Source of the DNA: Phoronis australis
Lineage: Eukaryota; Animalia; Phoronida
NCBI GenBank assembly: GCA_002633005.1
Contig: NMRA01000011.1
Span: 1,314,555-1,378,554 of the forward strand
Reading direction: 5' to 3'
DNA: 64,000 nucleotides
Shown here: one piece after another, positions 1-11,098 of the stretch
Layout of the letters: each line of letters opens with the position of its first letter
Numbering within the stretch: position 1 is the stretch's first letter
Notes under the pieces: model-generated
Told to the model about the DNA's origin: nothing
Seen by the model: the letters and a program-made list of their open reading frames with translations, nothing else
Databases searched by the model: none
Position numbers and translations under genes: made by a program

Positions 1-1158
1 CCCCCCCCCCCCCCCCCGTGGTTAGAATGATACATGTAACTTACTAAGTACAAGAGGCACCAACGTGGCTCCTAGCGTACACAAGATGATGGATGCCGTC
101 ATGTTTATCTTGATGGGGAATTTGGCTACCTGAGTGAATGGGCGACAAAAGTCACACAACAATCGAAGGTTGCGTTTCGACCACAAGACAGAGTATCAAT
201 GCACAAACCATAAGGCTATATTAGCAGTGTTACATATGAAAACGAGTAACGGTACACGAACCTGACATCAGGGGCACAAGCCCAATCAAAACAATCAGCG
301 GCAGCGGTGTCGGGACTGGTTGGGTGTGAGCCATCATCAGAAATTACATTCATCTCGACGTTCAGAAAAGCCCCTCATGATGCCTGTAGCCGACCATTTG
401 TTGCTCCGTAGGATTCAATTTAGTACTTCCTCGCCTTCAGTTCACTTAACTCTGTTTTGAGTTCTGAACCATAATAACGTAGGCGGCTACAAAACCAGAG
501 AAGCCCAAGCCTATTTGTCTTGGCTCTCCGGGTACAAGTAGGTCAAACCTGGTTCATAGGTCAAATGAGTGTGTTTGAGAAAAGGTCATTACATAATCCA
601 CCGCTGGTGTTGACCGCAGTACACCCCCGTGGCGCCATGTACTGCAATTTGCCCCGGGGGACCACTCATTTTGAAAAGGTGCCCGCAGGCGTGTACCAAA
701 AATTGCGGATAGGCGGTACTTTTTCGGGACGTTTTGCGGGACCCGCGAGGGATCGGCCACTCCAATTAATAGGCCCTAAATTTCCATTTCGTCCCCAAAG
801 GGCAGAAAATCTACCCCCCCCAAAGGAAAGGGAAGTAGCAGACCTGGCACCCGTAATATGGGATCTTTCACCTGGCGGCACCTTGTCAATATGGGTGAAC
901 CCCGGGATTTTACCGGACTGAGCAGGGGCACGAGACGCCGGGTGTTCGATGAGTGACCGGAGACAACAGAGACAAAAAGTAGGCCTAATCGGCGAGGTCA
1001 ACGACTTTCGACTTCCCGAGTCATTAGTTTTGAACCACGGGGCCTTCTTTTTGTTCACTGTATAGTATAGTGCCCGACAGCATGTCATTCAAGTGTTTAG
1101 GCAATAACTGAACGCAGTACACTCAGGCTGGTAACTCGGCACTGCATAGGTTCAGCGG

Positions 1159-3522
1159 TAGGGTTTCCAAAGCAGATTTGCCATTCTCAACGAATCGCGA
1201 CAATTCGACATTTGAGACACTCGATTTTCAAGTATCTTCATGTGGAGCTAACGTATTATTTTTGCTTAGTTTAACGTATGAATGATAAGTTTTGAACAAT
1301 TTCCTCAGCTCAGCAAGTGCAGTTATAGAGTTATTGTGTTGTTTTATTAGAGCAACTGGATAATTTATTTGAAAACTGAAAAACGCGTTCGTTGGGTCAA
1401 TTTTCGCTCTAGTTTGTTATCATTGACGACAAACAATCTCATTGAGCAATTTTATCATTCAGCATGCTTGGTAAAATCATCTCGAGAAAAACAGCTCTTA
1501 GTATTTTATGTTTTCTTGTGTATTTTTCATGGACATATAAAAATTTAACTTTTGAACTAAATTTTTACTTTTTTAAAACACGTCGTTTGTTTATAACTGT
1601 GTTTTATAAAAACAGGTGCCGTGGTGTTTGCACTTGTCTTAATTTTCATTAGAGACTATCGATTCCATAAGTGAATTCAAAGACGTCTCGTAAATGACAC
1701 AACATGTCCCGTAAGTGAGGGGCAAGTGATATTGTGACGTTGGCTATTATTTCTGACCACCAATACTTCAGGAAAAACTGGTATGAAATAATGACGAATA
1801 GTATACGTATTTAAGGCTATTTCTTGTCACCTGTATGAGTTGATGTAACTGATTACGAAATAAAAATGGCAACAGATTATAATTCAAGCGTATAGTCTAA
1901 AGACTGTTAAGGTTAAAAACTGCAATGTTAACTCGGCTTTAAACGTCATAAAGGGAAATCAAGGTAGTCCAGCAATTCATCTGACGCCTTGAACGCTCTG
2001 CAGCTTTCCCAGTAGGTGCGAGGTTCAGGACGAGCTTCAGGATGTCATCTTTCCGTAGCCAACTCTTGTTTCCTTCGGCCACATAAACAATCCACTCATT
2101 TTCAAGTTACTGGACGGCTGCAAAAAGTGGACTTCCACAGGCAAGTCAACATCATCTGTGTTCGACGACTTGTCCGAGATATCGGCGACCTTCATATTTA
2201 CAAACAAAATTGCCTTGCTTCACTTACATCTTGACTTCTTTGGTTTCAGCTAACACTCTATTGTTTTCTTGTCTTTCGACTTCTTGTGCTTCTGTCAGTT
2301 CTGACACTGGTGCGAAATACCCGTAACTCGTTCACGTTCTCTTCTAAACCATTCGTCACCAAGTTGTGCCTTTTTACGGGCTCTGTAGACTATTTCTTCA
2401 TCCGCTACGACTTGGATTTTGGCATTCCGCAACGCAAACCAAGGTGACAAACTCTAATTAATAGGTATTAAATAAAATAAAAAGATGTCATCATTATTTT
2501 CGCAAGGTCAGCTGCACTAAGTCATGTATCGCCACAGATAATAATTTAATTATTACCCGGTACTTAAAAATGAATTGAATTTGAGTGAAAATAAAACAAA
2601 TCTCTTACGGGACACTGGATATCATTTACGTGACAATTTTTACGAGAACTTATCAAGACCAACGTCAAGTAAATTCTAATCAAAGTATGTTTCACAGGAA
2701 GCATTTCGTCACTTATTTTAGTACATTAATAACAACCCTAAAACATGAGAATTATAAAAATGAGATTACTAAAAACTTATCAAAAAGTTCTGCTGACTTC
2801 TTTAGCGAGTATTTTCAGACTGTCTCAAAGTCGGCTGAAGCGCACGTGCTCGTTCTTGAAAACTTGACCTATATTCATTTCACACATGCCAATAGTAGGT
2901 GAAATTAATTGGACTTGACCTAATTATAAAATTGTCGTCCCGTAAATGAAGGCTCGTAAATGATAAGCAATCAATTTCAAAGGCCAACATTTTTTTTCTA
3001 AATGTCCGCCAAAAACTTTCAATACTACATTGATTTTGCACATCACCATAGCTTTGTAGAGTTATTTTAATTTCCAAATCTTCATTTTAATCAAAGCTCT
3101 ATTGTTGAGTTTATGCACGTCTCGTAAATGATTCCAAAAAACATTCCGCCGGCTTCTTGAAAAGCAGTGCCACACAGCCACTTTCAGATAAGGCAAAGGT
3201 TTAAAAAATCAATGCCATCGCCGTTTCTTGTGTATTACAAATTATTGATCGCGAATTCAATAAAATGTCTCTTGAAACTTTTTTCACAAAAACACGCCAA
3301 TGAGGTCTCGTAAATGATTTGAGATTTGTTTTCATTCAGTAAACATGGTGGTAATTAAAATTTACTTTTGTTTATGAAAAACATTGGCTTTCTCTTCGGA
3401 ATATGTCTCGCTGAGTTTCCAAAACGTAATTATTCGTTTCGATGGGACAAGTTATTATAACAAAAAAGAGCCTGTTTCTACATTGTCGTTTTTTCAGCTT
3501 CACGAAATTTTATGGAACCCTA
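1159..3522 (-). mobile_element. Probable decayed DNA transposon with short imperfect TIRs, internal 13-bp repeats and a frameshifted coding remnant
   Basis: Left end TAGGGTTTCCAAA (1159); right end reverse-complements to TAGGGTTCCATAAA (ends 3522). Motif GTCYCGTAARTGA occurs about 8 times in both orientations. Frameshifted minus-strand peptide at ~1930-2220. No clean TSD. Confidence 0.55.
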
Positions 3523-4722
3523 GGCTGCATGGTGCTTTGTGACACCTACCATGTAAACTGTAGCCGGTCATGAGACACAGCACCCTCATTAGACATATTA
3601 TTCTTTATTTTAAAAGTCTTTTGACATTGTTTCATGACTTCGGACATTCTCTGTGGTGAGCTGAACATTGGCTTCACCATTTGTCGCGATTCATTGAGCT
3701 TGTTCAAGTGTGCCGCCGCCGGACCCACTGACCGACTTGTGGCTCAGTGAACTTTTGACACGGAGATTCACCGAGGATTCCATTCATTAATTAGTCAAAA
3801 ACACGTCAAACTAAGTGAATATTTTTCAAACACGCTTAAAATCATTCAAAAGAAAATATGAACATGAGCGACACACCACGGACATGGGCGGGACACCTGA
3901 TAAGGGGATGAGGAGCAGTAGCTCCCCACTTATTTCAGTGCTACGCAGCCCATGCTATGTCTGGAAGGATTGGGGCCTCATTGTTTTATGAACAGAAATT
4001 TGGCTCTCTCTCCACAATTAATGAAAAAAGGTTAATTAGTCGGAATAATTATGAGTGGTGAGAGTCTAGAAATAACTTATAAAAAGAATATCAAAATTGC
4101 AGTTGATTCCCAGAGGCTTTGTCCGTTTGCTAAAGTTACATTCCATTACTTTTTCAAAAACAGTCGTATGGGGCGTAATGAGCCCAATTTCTGACTTTTA
4201 AATTTTAGTCATCATGAAACAGGCCTCAGAGGAATGAAAATTCACCCGTCAGCGGAGCGGCTTGGCAAATCTGAAAAGGTTGAGATCACTTCGCGCGACT
4301 AGTCCAGCGCTCTATTTAGTTCTAGTTCATTCTCAAGTAATTATTTCCTATGGCTCTCTTTTTTCGTTAACTCGGCGGCGGAAAGTTGGCCACCATTTTC
4401 ACGCAAGCTTCGATCAGCAATTGCTGTCCACATCGGTCATTTTTCAAGGCGCCGGCGAGCAACGACTCCATTTGAGTAAGCCTCCTTTGGCCGGAATTGG
4501 TGATCTCCAATAAAGTCTCAAAACACCACAGGTTTTGCTGCTGTATTATAATATCTTCAAAAAGGTCAATTCTATCCCCAAAATAACACTAAAACCAATT
4601 GCGTCTGCCCTGAAGAATTTTCGACTGAATGTCGACTCGGTGAAAGTTTATAATATGTCCTAATTAATGAAATAGTCTTGGTGGAAAGCTGGTCGGATAA
4701 TAGTCACATTCGGGGATCCTGC

Positions 4723-4773
4723 ATTTTGAGAACCGGTTCAGTTTCTCCATACAACGAATGCGGTTCTCAAAAT
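4723..4773. repeat. 13-bp inverted repeat, related to the MITE at 61447
   Basis: ATTTTGAGAACCG (4723-4735) and CGGTTCTCAAAAT (4761-4773); same TTTGAGAACC core as 61447-61526. Confidence 0.6.
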
Positions 4774-6265
4774 CGGGGACCATTTATAAGCTACCATAAA
4801 GCTGTTTAAATAATTGTATATAATTTTACACCCATCGATTCCAAGCATAAGTTTTGACGCACAACACCGACGACGAAATATTCCCCTGGCTCGTGCTTTA
4901 TAAAAATGGCCAATTGCCGATGTGGGCAACTCAACGAAGTATTTGTCGAAAAAAAGTTTGATTACGGGAGTATTTGTTCGAGTTGGAAGGAATTAAAGAC
5001 ATCGACGGCCTCCTAAGGTGTCTTTCTATGCGCAAAAGGTACTTATAGCGTGATCTTGATCGTTTAATTAGTGTGAGGCATAATTCGCCGAAAAGCTCCC
5101 GGCGTATGGTGGCCCTATAGGAGCATCACCGTCTCAACGGTTTCCTTTGGAGGTGGGCGCATAGAGAATGTGCAAAGATTAAACAAATTAAGACAGCCTT
5201 GATTGATAATTCTGCTTGTGCTTATTGCTGCAAGTATCTGGTACCACAGGCTTATTATATTTCCACTGATGTTCGTTGTTAGTCTAAGAAACCTGTTTGC
5301 AGGTCGTTCCATGATCATTTGCATAATTTATGCAATTAATGGCCACCATTATTTAAATTCTGTTTTTGCTCATGACAACTTCCATCCTGGCGTTACATGT
5401 TGATTTTTTACATTTGCACACATTTTTAGTGGCCAGTGAATTTGACGAATCAGTATGCAGGTAATTACATCATAAATTTGCATAATTTATTTAAATTGTG
5501 ACCACCAACAGTAGTTTGTCTCATCATCTTGGTTACATGACTCTGGACGGTTTGTTAAAACTCGAGAGACTTTTGCGTGACTGCACCATCTGAAACAAGG
5601 TCTGAAATTAATTCGGAAGTGTGCTGGTAGAATAGGATACGTGTTACATTCAGTGAAGCCACTAAAACCGTGCACTCGGATATGTTTCAGCATCAGGCTT
5701 AACAAACTAATTTGTTAGAGAATGTCCAAAGTCAATAACTGAAGCACAATCTGACATACTCAAATGGCGTCGTCTTCTCTTTTTAAAAGTTTGGTTGAAG
5801 ACACGAGTGTACTCTTGTTGTGACAACTCGCTCTTACTCTCTATAAAATTTGCATAACGTAAATTGCCATAGCGAAGAAACAAGTTAAAATGGTAGATTT
5901 CGAGATCACACGTCTCATTCTAAAGCTTACTTTGTGGTGGAAGAGAAATCAATTGTTAAAATATACAGTGGCAGCAGGTAGAAGGGCATACAAACAGTGA
6001 GTGTGAAGATAACACACGGTAGGAAGCCCACAAGTTGAGCAAAATATTGCATGGAAAGAACCTGCCGTCTGAAGTTATGACACTTACCTGTTCTTTAATT
6101 TTGGTTGGCGTACATATTGTCATTTACACTGCTCAATGTGTCCTCGCTTCACGTGGCTAGACTGTTGTATATCAGTTCCAACTCTCGATTTAATCACAGC
6201 TAGGAACACTATTACTAGTTCCTATAGGTACATGTGGCACCAGGTAGCACCAGGTAGCACCAGTA

Positions 6266-6502
6266 CAGTGGCAGGTCTATATTTTCAGTAAGGGGGGGGG
6301 GGTTAGGATTCGCACGAATCCGAGGCGCGTAACGCCGAGCGGAGGGAAGGTCGGGAGGGAATTTCCCCTCCCGTGTAAGTTTTTTTTGGTTTTTAGTACC
6401 TGATTTCGTTTTCCTGTTGACATGTTTTTAATTTCTATTTTTAATCCTGTCCCGAGGGGTGTTTGAGCCCCCTGAACCCCCACACCCGTAGATCCGCCTC
6501 TG
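6266..6502. mobile_element. MITE (CAGTGGCGGA-type TIR) with 5-bp TSD CAGTA
   Basis: Left CAGTGGCAGGTCTA, right TAGATCCGCCTCTG; CAGTA at 6261-6265 and 6503-6507. Confidence 0.85.
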
Positions 6503-7585
6503 CAGTACAAGCAACTCTCTTAATAATACACATCGGTGCTTACCAGTTCGTGCAGAACGGAAATATTCATTTAAATGCTGCTGGTGCCCTCAGAAATCCG
6601 TATTAATGGATATCATGAAGCTGAGAAAACTTTTAAGGTTCTATAATAGGGAGCTCAGTCCGACAACTGGAAACACCCCCAGCGGACCTAGGATGTCGTG
6701 AGGGGGGGGGGGGCGCCAGGAACTTCCGGTTCCCCTAACACCAGCCGTAAGAGTATCATTTTCAGGAATACCCATTCCAGAATCTATGTCACTTCACTAT
6801 TTCTACAAACAGTCAATTTAATGTACACGTAATGTAAAATAATCACAAGGTTCATGGAACACTTACCGTTCCATTACCTTCGAATATTATAATATGTGGT
6901 GTGCAGAATAATAGCATAATGTTAAGTGGAAAAAGTATGGTAGAAACGATTGGAAAATACTATAATTAGTTTTGTAAGTAATTGTTTGAGGCATCACTAA
7001 TAGCCAGGCAACTTCAGTTTAAGAGGACTTGACATAATGAGCAGTAAACGAACAAGAAGGATATTTTGCGGCACCGTTGTACACCAGAAATTAAAACCGA
7101 AAGGCTAACATACACAAGGATTTTATTTTCACTTTTACAAAGAAAGATTCGCACATGTATTGAGCTTGACTTTGAACGCAATTTGTGACAATGGCCCGAT
7201 TTCAGTTTACAGACACGCAACAAATCTGTCACAACCACAAAACTTTTTAAGCTTTTCACGACGCCCTGACTTTATCATGCTGTTGAGTTCATTAGTTTCG
7301 CCTTCTGTCATTCGAAGTCAATCGTTACGTACACAATACTCTTAATTCAAATAAGGATTTACGCATATTCTCTTTACGCAATACGGACACAAGGAAATAT
7401 TTCTTTTATTTTATTGCTAAAGTGACACGTATAAGGCAGCACGCTTTCCGCACTAACACAAGCAGGCTGTGCTGTGTGAGTGGTGATCGAAGGAACAAGG
7501 TTTTACTTCTAAAGGCTGAGTCGGTACAGGGGCGTCCACCAGGGTTAGTCGTTTCATATATAGTTTATTGAATGTTCTCAAGCCA

Positions 7586-8791
7586 CTAGATATGTATACC
7601 TAACGAAAGGAAATTTGCTATTGTTCTGTTGAACATTTTTTCAAATAGCAAGAGCGTGTATTCATTTTCCGCTCTCGTCAGTTGAACGCACGTTTCGTTA
7701 TCTCTTGCCTCGCGTCTCAGAACGTACCCATTAGCCATGAGGTTGTACGGTCTGTTGGGATCACCAAGCAACATCTCTTTTCCTATAACGATCTTCTCAA
7801 CGCAAAACGCTTCCCATTCTCTACACATTGTTCTTAATTGCTCCACCTCTTTACGAAGTCTTTCAAGCCCGAATTTCTCCATCTTATTCAGTAAAATTTG
7901 CCTAAAATGATCGTAAGCGATGGTGTCCGCACGGTTCCACTCTCTAAACTTCTCCCGAGCGACTTCAGACAAGTGGCTTGCAGTGTGCTTCATTACGTTG
8001 TGCCTGAAGTAAACAATGTCCTTAGTTTTCCAATTTAATTGCTCCTTGAGTAGAAGTAAAGACTCGTCAAAATATTCTGTGATCATTACTAAAGAAAACA
8101 GTGACTCTATTTCCTTCACTTTCTCAATAACTCGAGTTTCGTTGTCCAATTCCTTTAAATCTAGACCGAAGTCAAACATTGAGAAATCATGAGACGGCAC
8201 TTGGTTACCATGGTCGTTTTCACACATGGCCTGTCTGACATGTTGCGAATTTCCCAACTTTTTCACTAATTCCTCCACCTTGTTAGCAGTCGTCAAGTTG
8301 AAGCAATTGTTGTAATATTCAGACATGTACGAAACAGCTGAAGCAAACAAATGAGACGGTTCTCGCATAATGGTCACAAAAACGCTATCACGAGGCATAA
8401 ATGCTTTCACTTCAGCTGCATCAAAACGCATGTGTTGGCTTAAAATGTTGAATTGTTCTGTGTGCGTTTCATTCGAGAATACCGGTAGAACGAACGACCG
8501 ATTGATTTTTTGTGGATAGTGAAATCTGGGATCGCTTTCGCCGAGAGCAAAAACCAAATCGTTGGCGTCGCCATGGCGATACAGAATGTTCTGTAAAGTA
8601 CAACTTCCGGTTTTGTGAGTCTTCAAAAACACAATATTGGTCTTCGGTTGGCAAAACAGACGATCGCAAGAATTCACATCAGATGGTTCGAGTTGGCTCA
8701 TGAATGCCAGCATGACCAGGTACGCTAAATACATCCCACTTAGAACCACTACGACCAATAACAAACGTCGACGTCGGAATAGAAGTGACAT
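7586..8791 (-). CDS. GAL3ST: Galactose-3-O-sulfotransferase family protein (GAL3ST-like), 401 aa, type II Golgi membrane protein, single coding exon
   Basis: Intact ORF. Short basic N-tail (RRRR) followed by a hydrophobic signal-anchor. 5'-PSB motif NIVFLKTHKTGSCT, HMRF, 3'-PB motif TIMREP..LFAS..SY, FSLVMITEYFDESLLLLK, WN.AD...YDHF, and C-terminal Cys pattern typical of the Gal-3-O-sulfotransferase family. Paralog number not assignable. Confidence 0.95.
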   Translation of the reverse strand: MSLLFRRRRLLLVVVVLSGMYLAYLVMLAFMSQLEPSDVNSCDRLFCQPKTNIVFLKTHKTGSCTLQNILYRHGDANDLVFALGESDPRFHYPQKINRSFVLPVFSNETHTEQFNILSQHMRFDAAEVKAFMPRDSVFVTIMREPSHLFASAVSYMSEYYNNCFNLTTANKVEELVKKLGNSQHVRQAMCENDHGNQVPSHDFSMFDFGLDLKELDNETRVIEKVKEIESLFSLVMITEYFDESLLLLKEQLNWKTKDIVYFRHNVMKHTASHLSEVAREKFREWNRADTIAYDHFRQILLNKMEKFGLERLRKEVEQLRTMCREWEAFCVEKIVIGKEMLLGDPNRPYNLMANGYVLRREARDNETCVQLTRAENEYTLLLFEKMFNRTIANFLSLGIHI

Positions 8792-9420
8792 CTTGGTTAA
8801 TAGAAGATGAAACGCAATCCAAGCAATATGTAGGCCTATCGCTAAATTGCAGTGCTTTGAATGTCTTGAGAAAAGTAACCGTTGGCATGCATAGGCCTAC
8901 ATATACCATAAAAATAATTCCCTATAGTGACAATGGAAACTGCCATGACACTAAAATCTGACAGTAGCAGTTCGAGATGACATACGACTTGACAATAGGG
9001 TCTTTGAAACAATGAAGAAGTCTGTGAGTAAAAGTCTCCACTCCGATCAAACGAATCTATACATTTGACATATTGTTATTAATATAATACAATTTATGGA
9101 ACCCGTCAAGCCCTCATCTCCCATAATGCATTAGATACTCACCGCGGGAATATGCGAGAAGACCAACTCTGCAGGATAGTACTCAATCCAGTGGCGGATT
9201 AACTATGACTGGAGGGCAAGGCTGAGCTACAGTTCGGATACCCTAAGTTCTAACTCGGGCGGACTAGTCGTGTGGGTATTGATTTATGTCTGGTTTGATA
9301 CCTTACTTAGTAGTAGCCTTGTCCTCCCCGTGCCGGAGGAATGAGTCCCTGTGCTGGAGTGGATTTTGAGACATTGCACATTCGTCAAGACTGGCAAGCC
9401 ATAGTTTCTGTACCTATAAT

Positions 9421-9576
9421 CAGTGGCGGATTTAGAGGGGCCCAAAGGTGTTATGGCACCCCCTAAAATTCTCCCAGATTCCTTTTGGTAGTTCGGGGGT
9501 GTGAATGTCTGACGGGCAAAATCCTGGCTAATACTCTGCCCTGTCCCCCTAACTCAAAATCGTGGATCCTCCCCTG
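9421..9576. mobile_element. MITE (CAGTGGCGGATTTAG TIR) with 5-bp TSD ATAAT
   Basis: Left CAGTGGCGGATTTA, right TGGATCCTCCCCTG; ATAAT at 9416-9420 and 9577-9581. Confidence 0.8.
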
Positions 9577-9879
9577 ATAATGATAGTAAAAACTTTAGTA
9601 AAAAAGTCAATATATCACATGGGTACCGGTGGACCGACATTTCCTGGTAATACCCATACAGTGTAGCGTACAATGCAGATCGTTAGTTCCAGGTAGTACA
9701 CTGTACCTAACTCCAACCAGTGCTTCACAACGGAAGAATCGCATCTAGACTTGTGTAAGATTCTCATCTCGATAGTTTCTTGCGCTGAAATGCTTCTTTA
9801 AGTTCTTACATTCCACGTAGGCTACATCTAGGCCGTAGACTAAAGAACTATCAACAACTTTTCAGTGCAGATTGTTTGT

Positions 9880-10840
9880 TACGGAGGCTATTTGAGAAGC
9901 TACGAACAATTGTTTTAAATAGGAAATATACCAGAAGAGTTTAGCCACGGTTACAAATGTGTTGACAAAAAGCGCAAAAACTTCAGCAGACCAATCAGTA
10001 TTTATAACGGAAAACTTATATTCCACTTTGCAGAGGTACCAGTAATTTCTTGCCTGCACATTTGTGACAATAAAATTAAACCAATGTTGCAATATAGTTC
10101 AGAAATGGGGTTTTCATCCAGCAGAGGTTGTGGAAATATTACACAATAAGCAGCTTATTCGGCCTTGGACAAAATGCCCCCAACTTAGCGGCCAGAGCAG
10201 AACTGGGGATGCACACCATGTTAACATTAAGATTTACGTTGTTATTAGATACTGGTTGAAATTGCTTAATGTTACTGACAACACGTATATAAAACTTTGT
10301 TATAACTATCAATATAATTTGGCTGAACGAAATGTAAGCTGTTGAGTGTTATGTGTGTAGCAATTACAGTTGTTTTAATTTAAATTTGGTGCTTGGGAAA
10401 CTCAGTCGGATGGTTATGTGGGGCTGTTTTCGAGAGAGTTTAAACAAAGAAGTTTAGACATCGGTGGTCAACAGTGACACGAGGAAATGTTGAATGTCAG
10501 TAAATTAGAAACCTTAAGAGTATGCAAACATCAATTAGTGACGGTAAAGTACGTCACAATTGTAAAAAATAGAATATACCTTAAGGCTTTAGAAAGATTT
10601 AGATGTTCAAATCATAACTTACACGTAGAAAGAGAAATCTTATGAAAAACCACATAGATACTAAATTATGTACTGCTTGTGACCTGCGACCTACACGTCG
10701 TAGAAGAATTTAATTGAGTGCCAACTTTATGACGCCTATTTTTAAGTGGTCATCAAGTTGTTCTCAAAAGAACAACTTTCAAGATTGTATGTGAACTTAC
10801 ATGCAGAAGTGTGATTAATAAAATTTAGTTAAGTTTTTGA
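9880..10840 (+). mobile_element. Degenerate non-LTR retrotransposon (RTE-X-like) ORF2 3' portion
   Basis: Collinear broken peptides WGFHPAEVVEILH, IKIYVVIRYWLKLLN, FKQRSLD..QQ*HEEM..VSKLET, KALERFRCSNHNLHVER, KLCTACDL...LIECQLYD. These match the post-RT region and terminal Cys/His knuckle of RTE-X-type LINEs as I recall them. Many stops and frameshifts; boundaries approximate. Confidence 0.8.
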
Positions 10841-11098
10841 TAACAGCTTGCAGCAAAAGAGGCGATGTTGTTATGCACGTTTTTTGTACAGTTGTGTGTA
10901 TGGACCGTGGGCCTTCTGTACAACGAAATAAACATTATAACTTACCGTCATCAAATTGGTCTCGATTGCTTCCTTGTGAAATTGGAGCAGTTGAGCTTCA
11001 GAGCTTCGACAGAACTGACACTTCAACATTTGTTCGATCAAGTTCATGAAATGTCGTCAGATGACGCTGTCATTTCTCTTCCGACTCGGAGATCCTAA

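Noticed and set aside
520-1088. Overlapping 133-aa and 140-aa ORFs in a GC-rich patch
   Set aside because: No recognisable domain or splice structure; CCCG/CGGG-rich, more like repeat-derived DNA.
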